Shown here: positions 51,151-62,488 of the stretch, piece by piece
How the letters are laid out: the number at the start of each line of letters is the position of its first letter
Numbering within the stretch: position 1 is the stretch's first letter
Assembly (NCBI GenBank): GCA_965216755.1
Contig: CBDCGL010000011.1
Coordinates: 1,472,001-1,536,000, forward strand
Source: Alphaproteobacteria bacterium
Lineage (GTDB): Bacteria; Pseudomonadota; Alphaproteobacteria; UBA7887
DNA: 64,000 nucleotides
Direction: 5' to 3'
Notes under the pieces: model-generated
The model's input: the letters and a program-made list of their open reading frames with translations, nothing else
What the model was told of the DNA's origin: nothing
Database searches by the model: none
Program-made: the position numbers and the translations under genes

Positions 51151-52679
51151 AACGGAATATTGTCGTGTTTCTTCGAAGGGTTCTCGAGCTTCTTGTCGCG
51201 CAGCAGACGCAACGACCGTCCAATGCGGCGGCGCGTGTTGCGCGGCATAATTACATCATCGATATATCCGCGGCTGGCTGCGACGAACGGATTGGCGAAC
51301 TTGTCACGATATTCTTGGGTGCGCCGCTCGACCGCCTCGGGATCATCAAGCGCGCCGCGAAAAATGATTTCCACTGCCCCCTTTGGCCCCATTACGGCGA
51401 TTTCCGATGAGGGCCAGGCGTAGTTGACGTCACCGCGCAAATGCTTGGAGCTCATCACGTCGTAGGCACCGCCGTAGGCTTTGCGCGTGATGACCGTAAC
51501 TTTCGGCACCGTTGCCTCGGCATACGCGAACAAGAGCTTGGCGCCATGTTTGATGATGCCGCCATACTCTTGAGCCGTGCCCGGCAAAAACCCCGGTACA
51601 TCGACAAAGGTAACAATGGGAATATGAAAGCAGTCGCAAAAACGAACAAAACGGGCCGCCTTTCGGGATGACTCGATGTCCAAGCAGCCCGCCAAAACCA
51701 ATGGCTGGTTGGCGACAATGCCAATCGTGTGTCCTTCCATGCGGCCAAATCCGGTGACGATGTTTGCGGCATAGTCGGGCATGATCTCGAAGAAATCGCC
51801 CTCATCGACGATTTTCTCGATTAACTCTTTGATGTCGTAAGGGCGATTTGGATTGGCCGGCACCAACGTATCGAGCGATGGTTCCGGCCGATCGATCGGG
51901 TCGTCAGTCGGCACAACCGGCGGTTTCTCGCGATTCGACAGCGGTAAGAAGTCGAAGAATCGCCTCGCACTGACCAATGCCTCAACGTCGTTTTCGAACG
52001 CGCGGTCGGCAACACCGGACTTGTGCGTATGGGTTACCGCGCCGCCCAGTTCCTCTTGAGTCACTTCTTCATGAGTGACGGTTTTGACCACATCGGGGCC
52101 CGTGACAAACATGTAGGACGAGTCCTTGACCATGAAGATGAAATCGGTCATGGCCGGTGAATACACCGCACCACCGGCACAGGGTCCCATCACCATCGAC
52201 AACTGCGGCACAACGCCGGACGCCAACACGTTGCGCTGAAAGACATCGGCATAGCCACCCAACGAGGCCACGCCTTCCTGAATTCGCGCGCCGCCGGAAT
52301 CGTTCAAGCCGATGACCGGCACCCCAACCTTTATCGCCTGTTCCATGACTTTGCAGATTTTCTCCGCATGCGCCTCGCTTAGGCTACCGCCGAACACCGT
52401 GAAATCCTGGCTGAAGACAAACACCGGACGGCCGTTGATCGTGCCATGACCAGTGATCACGCCATCACCGGGAATTCTTTGCTCATCCATGCCGAAATCC
52501 GCACAGCGGTGCTCGACGAACATGTCGTATTCCTCAAATGAGCCATCATCGAGCAGCAGCTCCAACCGCTCCCGCGCTGTCAGCTTGCCTTTGCCGTGTT
52601 GCGCCGCAATTCGGCGCTCGCCACCACCAATGCGGGCACGCTCTCGCCGGTCTTTGAGACCGCGGATAATATCCTTCAC
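51147..52679 (-). CDS. pccB: Propionyl-CoA carboxylase beta subunit
   Basis: [46 protein letters not shown]. Confidence 0.93.
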   Translation of the reverse strand: MKDIIRGLKDRRERARIGGGERRIAAQHGKGKLTARERLELLLDDGSFEEYDMFVEHRCADFGMDEQRIPGDGVITGHGTINGRPVFVFSQDFTVFGGSLSEAHAEKICKVMEQAIKVGVPVIGLNDSGGARIQEGVASLGGYADVFQRNVLASGVVPQLSMVMGPCAGGAVYSPAMTDFIFMVKDSSYMFVTGPDVVKTVTHEEVTQEELGGAVTHTHKSGVADRAFENDVEALVSARRFFDFLPLSNREKPPVVPTDDPIDRPEPSLDTLVPANPNRPYDIKELIEKIVDEGDFFEIMPDYAANIVTGFGRMEGHTIGIVANQPLVLAGCLDIESSRKAARFVRFCDCFHIPIVTFVDVPGFLPGTAQEYGGIIKHGAKLLFAYAEATVPKVTVITRKAYGGAYDVMSSKHLRGDVNYAWPSSEIAVMGPKGAVEIIFRGALDDPEAVERRTQEYRDKFANPFVAASRGYIDDVIMPRNTRRRIGRSLRLLRDKKLENPSKKHDNIPL

Positions 52680-52742
52680 AGCTTCCTCCCTTTGGTTGGC
52701 GCCGTGATGTCTTTTATGGCGTGGTCCGTTGATTTGAACCAG

Positions 52743-53453
52743 TTAAGAATGACTCAAAGTCAGCAATCGGGCGGCTGCCATCAAGTCCGCGTGCACGTTC
52801 GCGCGCCGCGCGGCGGCTTCTGGGTCCTCGCCCCATTGCTCGGTCTGGAACGTCTCGTCGATTTGACTTGCTTGCCAAGCCGCTTCAGCCGAAAGGACTC
52901 CCTCTGCCAAACCCAGAGCCAGGCCGATCGAGCCCAGCGCAGCAGCGGCCGCGTGCAGCGCCGTCAAAGAGATCGGCTCATACCGACCGACAACGCGATG
53001 CAACGCATCGTTGAGCGCCCGGTCTTGTCGCACAGGCACGACGCCCGCAGTCACCCTCCAGTGGATATCCAGAGTCTCCGCCGCCCAATCCAAAACCGGC
53101 TGCCATGCAGCGGCTTGACGCTCGACGAGTGCCTCAGGGCCGTCGGCCCGGTAACACAAAAGATCTGTATCGCCATAGCGCACAATCTCATCGATAACCG
53201 CTTGTCTATGATCGGCGGTGTGATCGATGGCCGTGCAAACCAGGCGCGTCAACGGCATCGCCTCTGGGCGGACCTCACTCTTCTGATCGCCCCACTCCGC
53301 GGCGATGGCCTCGGCAAGGACCTCCGACGGCACCGCAAGAGGCCTCCGAGCCGGCGTTCGGACGGGCCTGTCGTCGAGGAAGACGCCAAATGCCGATGAG
53401 GTCGCGGACTCGGATAAGGGCGCCAGCGTGACGGACCGATAAAAACGCTTCAT
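52743..53453 (-). CDS. ATP12 family chaperone
   Basis: MKRFY, LDDRPVRTP, MPLTRL, DLLCYRA, DETFQTEQWGED. Confidence 0.92.
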   Translation of the reverse strand: MKRFYRSVTLAPLSESATSSAFGVFLDDRPVRTPARRPLAVPSEVLAEAIAAEWGDQKSEVRPEAMPLTRLVCTAIDHTADHRQAVIDEIVRYGDTDLLCYRADGPEALVERQAAAWQPVLDWAAETLDIHWRVTAGVVPVRQDRALNDALHRVVGRYEPISLTALHAAAAALGSIGLALGLAEGVLSAEAAWQASQIDETFQTEQWGEDPEAAARRANVHADLMAAARLLTLSHS

Positions 53454-53455
53454 GG

Positions 53456-55096
53456 TCACCCGTTGGGGTCCGCATTTGCCGCGACGGGCACGCGCGGCGC
53501 CGGCAGCACGGCAGGCTGCGTGAGCGGGCCGACGACAATTGCCGCTGCTCGGTCGGAACCACTGTCCGGGTCAACGGCAACCGGGTTGACTTCGATATGC
53601 ATGATGCCGTCGTCCCAATCGACCGAACCGACGATACTAGCGAACACATCCGACGTACCCAGCGTGGCTTCTCGAATGACCGCGCGACCCCCAGCAATGA
53701 CCCAGCGACTGTTGAGATTCTCTATGTGAATTGCCTCGTCGCCATGTATCCAAGGCATCGCCAGCCGGGTGACCGGACCATAGGTGCGGCCGAATGCCGC
53801 GCTTGGCATGCGCATGCTCTCAGCCGCGATGGAAATGTTTCCCGCCAGGCCCGCAAGTATTGCATAAACGCTCGTCCCCGCACCGGCAAGTCCGGCATGG
53901 ACACGGATCGTGCCGGCCCAAGGATCCGGCGCCATTCGGCTCGCTGCGGCTAAGTCGACGTCATCAATAATCAGGGACAGGTCAACCAAAGGAACGGGGC
54001 CCTGGTTGTCGAGCCGAAACGCGCCCGTGATCGGGCCGCCAACACCATCCGCAACCGAGAACTCGATACGTGCCCTTTTGTCAGCGACAATCGCCTTGAC
54101 CGAAGCCCCGGACATAGCGAAGGCGCCGGCTTGAAAATTCTCGGCCGCCAAGCGCACCCGATATGAAACACGTTGACCGAAATCTGTCGGCAGCGCCAGA
54201 TCGGCAAAACCCAGCCGGCCTCGAACAAGTTCACGTCGCGTGCGTTCGGTTTCCTGGTCCTGATCGCCACGCGAAGCCGTATCGCGCGCCGTCACGCCGA
54301 AATCGTCCAATCGCATAGTTGCGCCAGACAAATCGGCCGCGACGTGAATTCTGTCCAGGGGCCCGCGGATCGATGCCGATCCTGTCAGCATCGTCTCGCC
54401 CAATGCTACAATCAGCTTCGAAATCCGTAATCCGGATGAATGCTCGGCCGACCCTTGTCGTCCGCCACCCGTAACCTCACCCGATATGGATGCCGAACGC
54501 CCCGCAATGTTGCCTTCAAACGCAATCCGCCGCCGACCGGCCAAGCCCAATCTGTCGAGCCGCAAATGCCGCGCGTAAACGACCGCTGTATGCGCCGAAC
54601 CTCGACCATTTGTTAAATGCATCGTGCCACCGCGCGCGATCAAGGTTGGCGGTAACCGCCAAAGCCAGGCCGTTGCGGACGCGATATCACCGGGATGCGC
54701 AAGAACATGATCAAGATCCGAAGATTGCCTCCGAATCCGCAATAACGGTCGGTCCAATTCCAGCCGACTGATGACGACCCGCCCGAGGATCAGGTCTCCG
54801 AGGGCGATACCGGCCCGCAAGCCGGAAGCCGACAAATGCTGTAGGCCGCTTTGGCCGGGAAGACCCTCAACAGCGACACCATCGGCCAACAAGTGTGGTG
54901 CGGGCCACAAAGACAAACGCACTTCGCCAGTCACGACCGAGCGCGCACCGAACAACGCCACCAGCCGCCCCTCGAGCATACGGTGCAGAAGTGTTGGTTC
55001 CACCCGAGACATGAACCACGGTCGCGACGTCACAATCAGGCCGGCCACAGCGGCAAGCAGCAAGACCCCAGCCAGCGCCGAAGCGCCACGCAACAT
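53456..55096 (-). CDS. AsmA family protein
   Basis: N-terminal TM, LSLWPAPHL, LELDRPLLRIRR, beta-rich body, C-terminal GPLTQP; position between the HAD and ATP12 genes. Confidence 0.75.
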   Translation of the reverse strand: MLRGASALAGVLLLAAVAGLIVTSRPWFMSRVEPTLLHRMLEGRLVALFGARSVVTGEVRLSLWPAPHLLADGVAVEGLPGQSGLQHLSASGLRAGIALGDLILGRVVISRLELDRPLLRIRRQSSDLDHVLAHPGDIASATAWLWRLPPTLIARGGTMHLTNGRGSAHTAVVYARHLRLDRLGLAGRRRIAFEGNIAGRSASISGEVTGGGRQGSAEHSSGLRISKLIVALGETMLTGSASIRGPLDRIHVAADLSGATMRLDDFGVTARDTASRGDQDQETERTRRELVRGRLGFADLALPTDFGQRVSYRVRLAAENFQAGAFAMSGASVKAIVADKRARIEFSVADGVGGPITGAFRLDNQGPVPLVDLSLIIDDVDLAAASRMAPDPWAGTIRVHAGLAGAGTSVYAILAGLAGNISIAAESMRMPSAAFGRTYGPVTRLAMPWIHGDEAIHIENLNSRWVIAGGRAVIREATLGTSDVFASIVGSVDWDDGIMHIEVNPVAVDPDSGSDRAAAIVVGPLTQPAVLPAPRVPVAANADPNG

Positions 55097-55098
55097 GG

Positions 55099-55779
55099 TC
55101 AGCGCGACCCCAAGACGCGTTCAACAACGCGGTCCAAGTCGTCGAATCGTTCGATGATTTCCAGGGCGCCGGCCGCCAACAATTCGGTCGGTGGATGGTT
55201 GCCCCATGTGACACCGATGGCATGAGCCCCGGCGCGACGTGCCATTTCAACATCGTAGCAGGTATCGCCAACCACCAATGTTTCATGCGGCTTAACGCCG
55301 ACCGCAGTCATTGCCATTTGAACCATAACCGGACTCGGCTTGCTCGGGGCCCTATCGCCCGTCTGCATTGTATGAAAATGGTCACGCAAACCGAAATGAT
55401 CCAGGGTCCTTTGCAATCCTCGTTGTGACTTTCCGGTGGCAATGCCCAAAAAATATCCGTCGCTTGCCAAGCGCCCTACCGCGTCCGCCGCGCCCGGAAA
55501 TAGAGTTTCCGCGCGCCGGTTATCCGAAACCGCCGACAGAAACGCCCGTTTATACTGCGCCGCAAGAGCTTCACATGCATGCGGCGGCAAGCCAGGCTCT
55601 AGGACTGCCACGGCATCAATCAGCGATAGACCCACGATTCGTCGTATGGCCGCGGCCGGCGGTGGATCATATTCCAATTGCGCGAAAGCCGCGATCATGG
55701 CTGTGGCAATGACATGATGGCTATCAACAAGTGTCCCATCGACGTCAAATACGACCAGGGTCATGTCCGACCTCTTCAC
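55099..55779 (-). CDS. HAD-IA family hydrolase (phosphoglycolate phosphatase-like)
   Basis: FDVDGTLVDS, ATGKS, SKPSP, VGDT..DVEMA. Confidence 0.9.
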   Translation of the reverse strand: MKRSDMTLVVFDVDGTLVDSHHVIATAMIAAFAQLEYDPPPAAAIRRIVGLSLIDAVAVLEPGLPPHACEALAAQYKRAFLSAVSDNRRAETLFPGAADAVGRLASDGYFLGIATGKSQRGLQRTLDHFGLRDHFHTMQTGDRAPSKPSPVMVQMAMTAVGVKPHETLVVGDTCYDVEMARRAGAHAIGVTWGNHPPTELLAAGALEIIERFDDLDRVVERVLGSR

Positions 55780-56759
55780 CGCCGCTCCGATCGGTCAGCG
55801 CGCGCGGCCGGGTCAAAGCCCAGTGCGTCAAACGTGACCTTCATGTGTTCTGGCAGTGGTGCGGTGAATGTCTTGGCAGGTCCACGGGGCATGGGCACAG
55901 TCAAACGCCGCGCGTGAAGATGTAGAGTCTTAGCCAATGGCAGATCGGCCAGAAATGCGGCACGGCCCCCATACTTGCCATCGCCCAGGATCGGCGTGCC
56001 AATCGCAGTGCAGTGTACGCGCAATTGATGGGTGCGCCCGCTGAGCGGATGCAAGGCAACCAGAGCGGCGGCATTGCCCGCCTTGTCCAGCACCTGATAT
56101 CGGGTCGTCGCAACGCGACCTTCGTGCGCCACGACGACGCGCTCGCGAGCGCCAGCATCTGATTTCTTGCCGAGCGAAAGGCGAACCTCACCATGTTCAG
56201 GCTGCGGAACGCCGACCGTGACAGCCCAATAGAGCTTAGTGACTTCTCGGCCACGCCAGGCCTTGCCGAACCAAGCGGCGGCTTGGGGACTGCGCGCCAG
56301 CAGCAATATGCCAGATGTATCCTTGTCCAATCGATGAACAAGATGCGGTTTTGACACGTCCAACGACTCCGCAACGGCGCGCATGATGGCATCGACGTGA
56401 CGATGCTGGCCACTGCCACCTTGCGTCGCAAGGCCCGCCGGCTTGTCGATAACAATCAAATCGGCATCTTGATAGAGGATCCGCCGCTGGAGGGCGGCAA
56501 TATCAGCTTCGCGCACCGGGGAGAGCGACCTCTGTCGCGCCCCGGCATCAGGTTTGCGTGGCATAGGCGGAACCCGAACAGTTTGGCCCGGCACCAAACG
56601 GTCACTGGGCTTGACCCGATGGCCATCGACGCGCACCTGGCCGGAACGAATGAGTTTTTGCACGAATGTTCGGCTCAAGTCCGGGTAGTGGCGCGCAAAC
56701 CAGCGATCAAGTCGGATGTTCGCCTCGTCGGTGGCCACGGCGACCGTTTGCACACTCAC
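55776..56759 (-). CDS. RluA family pseudouridine synthase with S4 domain (RluC-like)
   Basis: RLDRWF, KPAGLATQGG, HRLDKDTSG, GRTHQLRVH, GDGKYG. Confidence 0.93.
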   Translation of the reverse strand: MSVQTVAVATDEANIRLDRWFARHYPDLSRTFVQKLIRSGQVRVDGHRVKPSDRLVPGQTVRVPPMPRKPDAGARQRSLSPVREADIAALQRRILYQDADLIVIDKPAGLATQGGSGQHRHVDAIMRAVAESLDVSKPHLVHRLDKDTSGILLLARSPQAAAWFGKAWRGREVTKLYWAVTVGVPQPEHGEVRLSLGKKSDAGARERVVVAHEGRVATTRYQVLDKAGNAAALVALHPLSGRTHQLRVHCTAIGTPILGDGKYGGRAAFLADLPLAKTLHLHARRLTVPMPRGPAKTFTAPLPEHMKVTFDALGFDPAARADRSERR

Positions 56760-57142
56760 GATGCGAGCAAGCTCCGCAAAACGTATAAACCGGCGAGGAG
56801 GCCGGCGACCGACAACAGCACCGACGCCACGACGTAAGCTGCCGCCTGACTAAACGCACCGCGTTCATATAGGACATAGACATCCAGAGAGAATGTCGAA
56901 AACGTCGTGAAACTGCCCAAGAAACCGATCGCGATAAGCGCCCGCAATTCCGGCGATGGTGACCAAATCAGCGCGCTGGCCTCGACAAAAGCGCCCATAG
57001 CGAACGAGCCAACAACATTCACACACAAAGTTCCCCAGGGAAAGGTGAGGCCGAACCACTGCCCGACGTTTGCCATGACGGCATAGCGTGCCACTGCGCC
57101 AAGGGCTCCGCCGGCGGCAATGGCCAATAGCTGGTTCACCAC
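56756..57142 (-). CDS. crcB: Fluoride channel CrcB/FluC
   Basis: GGALGAVARY, FPWGTL..NVVGS, GFLGSFTTFSTF. Confidence 0.95.
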   Translation of the reverse strand: MVNQLLAIAAGGALGAVARYAVMANVGQWFGLTFPWGTLCVNVVGSFAMGAFVEASALIWSPSPELRALIAIGFLGSFTTFSTFSLDVYVLYERGAFSQAAAYVVASVLLSVAGLLAGLYVLRSLLAS

Positions 57143-57148
57143 ACCAAC

Positions 57149-58477
57149 CTAGATCTGCGGCTCTGTGTCAGTGTTGCCGCCGCGCTCCCGCGACCGACGC
57201 CAGTAGTCGAGCCGTTTGCCGACTTCACGTTCAAACCCACGCGCAATTGGACGATAATAAAAGCGTCGATCCATAGTTTCGGGAAAGTAGTCTTGGCCAG
57301 AGAATCCACCTTCGGTGTCGTGATCATATTGATAGCCGTCCGCGTATCCCAACGACTTCATCAATGTGGTGGGCGCATTGAGAATATGCTTCGGCGGCAT
57401 CAATGAGCCGGTCTCCCGCGCGTCACGGGTCGCCGCCCCAAAGGCCTTGTACGTAGCATTCGATTTTGGCGCGGTTGCTAAATAGATCACCGCTTGCGCA
57501 AGCGCCAGCTCACCCTCAGGGCTGCCGATAAATGCAATCGCATCCTTGGCCGCAATCGCCTGAACGAGAGCCTGAGGATCGGCCAATCCAACGTCCTCGG
57601 AGGCAAATCTGATCAGTCGACGCGCGATGTAAAGTGGTTCCTCGCCGGCAACAAGCATGCGCGCCAACCAATATAGCGCCGCGTCCACGTCGGAGCCACG
57701 CAGGCTCTTGTGCAATGCGCTGATCAGATTGTAGTGGCCATCCTGTGCCTTGTCGTATATCGGGGCGCGTTGCTGCACAAGGTGCACCAAATCGGCCGTA
57801 TCCAAGACGGTTTCGCCGTCGTGTTCATAAACGCGTTCGACCAAGTTGAGTAGATACCGGCCATCGCCATCCGCCATGGCGTGCAACGCACTTGACGCGC
57901 CATCGGTCAGGGGCAATGGCCGCCCGACGTCGGCCTCCGCCCGCCGGATCAGTTTGCTGAGTGCTGCATCATCAAGTCGGCGAAGAACCAACACCTGGCA
58001 TCGCGATAGCAGCGCGGCATTGAGCTCGAACGAGGGATTTTCTGTCGTTGCACCAACAAGCGTTACGGTGCCGTCCTCGACGTGGGGCAGCAATGCATCT
58101 TGTTGGGCGCGATTGAAGCGATGAATTTCGTCAAGGAACAGCAACGTGCCATGGCCAGCCAAACGGCGTTCTCGGGCGCGCTCGAACACCTTGCGTAAAT
58201 CGGGAACGCCCGCAAACACAGCGCTCAATGGCTCGAAAGATAGATCGCCGGTATGGGCTAAGAGCCGCGCGATAGTCGTCTTGCCGCATCCTGGCGGCCC
58301 CCAAAGAACAACAGACGCGAGGCTGCCGGTGGCAACCGCACGCCCGATCGGGCCATCTACCCCAAGCAAATGGTCTTGCCCGACAACTTCCGAAAGCGAT
58401 ACCGGGCGCAAGCGATCGGCCAGCGGGCGCGGCGCCGCCTTATCGAGGCCTGCAGCGTCAAACAGCGATGCCATCAA
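57149..58477 (-). CDS. rarA: Replication-associated recombination protein A
   Basis: PLADRLRP, WGPPGCGKTT, DEIHRFN, ATTENPSF, SALHKSLRGSD. Confidence 0.95.
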   Translation of the reverse strand: MMASLFDAAGLDKAAPRPLADRLRPVSLSEVVGQDHLLGVDGPIGRAVATGSLASVVLWGPPGCGKTTIARLLAHTGDLSFEPLSAVFAGVPDLRKVFERARERRLAGHGTLLFLDEIHRFNRAQQDALLPHVEDGTVTLVGATTENPSFELNAALLSRCQVLVLRRLDDAALSKLIRRAEADVGRPLPLTDGASSALHAMADGDGRYLLNLVERVYEHDGETVLDTADLVHLVQQRAPIYDKAQDGHYNLISALHKSLRGSDVDAALYWLARMLVAGEEPLYIARRLIRFASEDVGLADPQALVQAIAAKDAIAFIGSPEGELALAQAVIYLATAPKSNATYKAFGAATRDARETGSLMPPKHILNAPTTLMKSLGYADGYQYDHDTEGGFSGQDYFPETMDRRFYYRPIARGFEREVGKRLDYWRRSRERGGNTDTEPQI

Positions 58478-59973
58478 ATGCGCACGACCACACTGCGCTC
58501 CCGCCCGTCACGCAAAATCACCACCTCCCATTGCTCCGCGGGTTGTGAGAGCACCTCGGCAAGAGTTGCCGTCGTATCGATCTCGACGCCATCAATACGC
58601 ATGATGACATCGCCGGGCTTGAGACCAATTTGGGCCGCATACCCGCTTTCAACTTTCAAGGTGATCACGCCCGACGAATCCATATCGAGGTCGAGTTCCT
58701 GGGCAAAAGCCGGCGACAAATTGCCAACCGTCGCCCCCGCCAACGGCTGCGTACCGGTGAGCACGCGCACGTCGCGAGGCGGATCTTCGGGCGGCGCGAT
58801 CAGCGGCACGTCGACCGTGATATCCTCGCCGCGCCGGCGCACGGTTAGCGTGACAGTTCCGCCGATGCCGCGCGTGGCCACCCGGTAGGAGAGCCCTTGG
58901 GGATCGAAAATCTCGCGACCATCAACCAACAACACCACATCGCCGACTTCTAGCCCCGCGGATCGCACAGGGCTCTTGGCGTGAATCCAGTTGACCAACA
59001 CGCCAAGCGGTCTCACCAACCCGATTGAATCAGCAATATCTTGGGTGACTGGCTGGCTTTCGATTCCCAGCCACGGGCGCGTGGGACGCCCACCGGCGGC
59101 AATCCCGGCGACGACAACACGAACAAGGTTTGATGGAATGGCAAAACCGATCCCGATCGAGCCGCCGCTTCTGGAGAAGATCGCCGTATTGATCCCGACC
59201 AGCTTACCGTCTGAAGTGACCAATGCACCGCCCGAGTTGCCCGGGTTTATGGCCGCGTCGGTTTGAATGAAAGACGCGACATCGCTGACACCAACGCCCG
59301 TGCGCGCCAACGCCGAAATGATGCCGCTGGTAACGGTCTTACCTACGCCAAAAGGGTTTCCAATGGCCAAGACGAGATCGCCGACCTCAAGTTCATCCGA
59401 ATTCGCAAGTTCAAGATACGGCAATATCTCGCCGTTGGTTTCGATGTTCAGGACAGCCAAGTCAGAGGATTCGTCAACACCGACAACGGTTGCGTCAAAT
59501 TCGCGCCGGTCGCTGAGAGCGACGGTGATCTCATCGCTATTCTCAATGACGTGGTGATTGGTGACGATCAAGCCATCGGCCTGTATGACGACGCCCGAAC
59601 CAAGTGAGTTTTGCACGCGCTCGCGCGGCATGCCGAACAGCCGCTCATCGAAGAACTGGCCAAAGAACGGATCATCCATGAATGGCAGGATTGGCCGCGC
59701 GCGCACCGTGCGTTGCGCGTAGATATTGACTACGGCCGGCGCCGTGGCGCGCACCGTAGGCGCATAAGACAGCCGGACATGATCGAACGACTCGGGTACA
59801 ACCCGATCTTGGGCCGCGCCTGGCCAGCTTACGGCCGATACCACAAATATGGTCGCAAGAATCCATCGCACGGCACCATTCAAGCGCACGCCAATGTCCC
59901 AACGCACAAAGGGCAGCCCATCCCGGACTGCCCCCCTTTGACCGTCTTTGCGTACGTCGGCCAATTTGTTCAA
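58474..59973 (-). CDS. DegP/DegQ family serine protease with two PDZ domains
   Basis: [30 protein letters not shown]; the true start may be downstream of 59973. Confidence 0.93.
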   Translation of the reverse strand: MNKLADVRKDGQRGAVRDGLPFVRWDIGVRLNGAVRWILATIFVVSAVSWPGAAQDRVVPESFDHVRLSYAPTVRATAPAVVNIYAQRTVRARPILPFMDDPFFGQFFDERLFGMPRERVQNSLGSGVVIQADGLIVTNHHVIENSDEITVALSDRREFDATVVGVDESSDLAVLNIETNGEILPYLELANSDELEVGDLVLAIGNPFGVGKTVTSGIISALARTGVGVSDVASFIQTDAAINPGNSGGALVTSDGKLVGINTAIFSRSGGSIGIGFAIPSNLVRVVVAGIAAGGRPTRPWLGIESQPVTQDIADSIGLVRPLGVLVNWIHAKSPVRSAGLEVGDVVLLVDGREIFDPQGLSYRVATRGIGGTVTLTVRRRGEDITVDVPLIAPPEDPPRDVRVLTGTQPLAGATVGNLSPAFAQELDLDMDSSGVITLKVESGYAAQIGLKPGDVIMRIDGVEIDTTATLAEVLSQPAEQWEVVILRDGRERSVVVRI

Positions 59974-60398
59974 TCGGCGCCTTCCTCTTCGCTCTCGTCC
60001 TCGGCAACCGGCCCAGAATCCTGTCCCTTCGCATCCGGATCCCGATCGACAAGTTCGATAATCGCCATCGGTGCAGCATCGCCATAACGCATGCCCGCAC
60101 GCAAGACCCGTGTGTAGCCACCTTGCCGTTCCGCGTAGCGATCCTTCAGCGTGGTAAACAGCTTATCGACTATCTTCGTGTCGCCACCCAACTTCGCCAG
60201 CGCTTGACGTCTGGCATGCAAAGTACCGCGCTTACCGAGCGTTATCAGGCGATCCGCCACGGGCCGCAAGTCTTTGGCCTTGGGCACCGTCGTCGTGATC
60301 TGCTCATGTTTCAGCAGCGCCGCGGCCATGTTCGAGAACATTGCCTTTCGATGTGCGCTGGTCCGGTTGAGTTTACGGCCACTAAGCCGATGACGCAT
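59970..60398 (-). CDS. rplQ: 50S ribosomal protein L17
   Basis: [27 protein letters not shown]. Confidence 0.97.
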   Translation of the reverse strand: MRHRLSGRKLNRTSAHRKAMFSNMAAALLKHEQITTTVPKAKDLRPVADRLITLGKRGTLHARRQALAKLGGDTKIVDKLFTTLKDRYAERQGGYTRVLRAGMRYGDAAPMAIIELVDRDPDAKGQDSGPVAEDESEEEGAD

Positions 60399-60469
60399 GA
60401 CGAAATCCCCTGTTAGTCCTCGCGACCGAATTTGCCCTGAAGACGACCTTAGGTGATGTGTTACAGCTT

Positions 60470-61486
60470 CTAGAACGGCTCTTCCAGTCGTTTGGCCATC
60501 TCTTCGATGTTCTCCGGCGGCCAGTCGGGGATTTGCATCCCCAAATGAAGCCCCATTTGTTGCAGGACTTCTTTGATTTCATTGAGAGACTTCCGACCAA
60601 AATTCGGCGTCCGCAACATCTCCGCCTCAGTCTTTTGAACCAAATCGCCGATGTAAATTATGTTGTCGTTCTTAAGGCAGTTCGCCGAGCGGACAGAAAG
60701 CTCCAGCTCGTCAACCTTACGCAGCAAATTCGGATTGAAAGCCGGTTCATGGGCCATTTCCTCACGCTGCTCGGCGCTCGGTTCTTCGAAGTTGATGAAC
60801 AGGATCAGTTGGTCCGAGACAATCCGCGCCGCCAACGCAACCGCATCTTCAGGCCTCACCGTTCCGTCGGTTTCAACCCGCATCGACAACTTGTCATAGT
60901 CGGTGACTTGTCCAACGCGGGTATTTTCAACTTTGTAACTTACTTTGCGCACGGGGCTATAAAGCGAGTCGATGGGAATCAGGCCAATCGGCGCATCCGC
61001 TGGCAAATTCTGAGACGCGGGCACGTAGCCCTTGCCCGTCTCCACAGTCATCTCAAATTGGACATTTGCATCTTTGTCCAATGTACAGATGACCAATTCC
61101 GGATTCATAATTTCGATATCATGACCGGTTTCAATTTGGCCGGCAGTGACTTCGCCCGGCCCTGTAGCTTTCAATGAAATCCTTTTCGGACCGTCACCAT
61201 GCATGCGCAAAGCAACGCTCTTCAGGTTCAACACGATGTCCGTCACATCCTCACGGACGCCGGAAATGGACGAAAACTCGTGCAGAACCCCGTCAATCCG
61301 CAGCGACGTGATCGCCGAACCGCGCAGGCTCGACAATAGAACGCGCCGCAAGGCATTGCCCAATGTCAGACCGAAGCCCCGTTCCAGCGGCTCGGCGACG
61401 ACTGTCCCAATGCGAGACGGTTTTTCACCGGCCTGAATGTCCAGCTTCGAGGGCTTGATCAGCTCCTGCCAGTTCTTTTGAATCAC
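60470..61486 (-). CDS. rpoA: RNA polymerase alpha subunit
   Basis: [38 protein letters not shown]; GTG start after AAGGA. Confidence 0.97.
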   Translation of the reverse strand: MIQKNWQELIKPSKLDIQAGEKPSRIGTVVAEPLERGFGLTLGNALRRVLLSSLRGSAITSLRIDGVLHEFSSISGVREDVTDIVLNLKSVALRMHGDGPKRISLKATGPGEVTAGQIETGHDIEIMNPELVICTLDKDANVQFEMTVETGKGYVPASQNLPADAPIGLIPIDSLYSPVRKVSYKVENTRVGQVTDYDKLSMRVETDGTVRPEDAVALAARIVSDQLILFINFEEPSAEQREEMAHEPAFNPNLLRKVDELELSVRSANCLKNDNIIYIGDLVQKTEAEMLRTPNFGRKSLNEIKEVLQQMGLHLGMQIPDWPPENIEEMAKRLEEPF

Positions 61487-61610
61487 AGCATATTCCTTAG
61501 CGATGTCAGAATCCTCTTTGTCGCCACTCCACCTCGGCGTGGCGATCCTAAGACGCTCATGGCCCAATCACGCGGGCCCTGGTCAGTGGCACGTCCCGTT
61601 GCGCGGCGCT

Positions 61611-62003
61611 CTATACGCGCCGTCTCTTTGGTGGCCGACATCCATTGTGTGGAATCGGCGTCACATCACGGATACTGGTTATGGTGAACCCCGCAGCCTG
61701 AAGGGCACGCAACGCCGCCTCTCGGCCAGAGCCTGGTCCACGGACTTCGACCTCCAAAGTCTTCACACCATGCTCAGCGGCCTTTCTGCCAGCAGCCTCG
61801 GCCGCCATCTGTGCCGCATAGGGTGTCGACTTTCGTGATCCCTTGAAACCCTGAGATCCCGCCGACGACCAAGAAATCGCGTTTCCTTGCACGTCTGTTA
61901 TCGTAATGAGCGTGTTGTTGAAAGTCGCATTGACGTGCGCGACACCTGACGTGATATTCTTCCTTTCACGCCGCCGCACGCGACCACTTGGTTCTTTCGC
62001 CAT
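61611..62003 (-). CDS. rpsK: 30S ribosomal protein S11
   Basis: [30 protein letters not shown]. Confidence 0.98.
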   Translation of the reverse strand: MAKEPSGRVRRRERKNITSGVAHVNATFNNTLITITDVQGNAISWSSAGSQGFKGSRKSTPYAAQMAAEAAGRKAAEHGVKTLEVEVRGPGSGREAALRALQAAGFTITSIRDVTPIPHNGCRPPKRRRV

Positions 62004-62027
62004 ACCCTACCTGTTCTTATATGGTGA

Positions 62028-62399
62028 TTAAGCCTTTTTCTTGCCAGCAATTGGCTTGGCACGGCCTTTGCGCGTGCGCGCATTGGTGTGAGTTCGCTGC
62101 CCGCGCGCGGGCAAGCTGCGTCTGTGACGCAGTCCTCGGTAACACCCCAAATCCATCAGGCGCTTGATGTTCATGGCGGTATCGCGGCGAAGATCACCTT
62201 CGACCCGATAATCACCATCGATGATTTCGCGTATCCGCGCGACTTCGCTGTCCGTCATCTGACTCACCCGCCGCGCCTCCGGCAGACCAGCTTTGTCACA
62301 GATTTCTTGGGCCTTGGTGCGGCCGATTCCGAATATATATGTCAGCGCAATATGAACGCGCTTGTTCGTCGGAATATTGACTCCGGCGATACGTGCCAC
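62028..62399 (-). CDS. rpsM: 30S ribosomal protein S13
   Basis: [32 protein letters not shown]. Confidence 0.98.
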   Translation of the reverse strand: MARIAGVNIPTNKRVHIALTYIFGIGRTKAQEICDKAGLPEARRVSQMTDSEVARIREIIDGDYRVEGDLRRDTAMNIKRLMDLGCYRGLRHRRSLPARGQRTHTNARTRKGRAKPIAGKKKA

Positions 62400-62460
62400 T
62401 GCGAGATCTCCCTAAGAAAGCTCACCGCCGGGCCGTTTCGGCTCGGGGAGAGCGTTGCAC

Positions 62461-62488
62461 ACTATAAGTGAAAGCTCCAACCAGTCAA
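62461..62488 (-). promoter_or_regulatory. Probable sigma70 promoter of the rpsM-rpsK-rpoA-rplQ operon
   Basis: Minus strand TTGACT-N16-TATAGT overlapping the adk stop. Confidence 0.6.

Noticed and set aside
56756-57148. Fluoride riboswitch upstream of crcB
   Set aside because: Only 6 bp separate rarA and crcB, leaving no room for a leader
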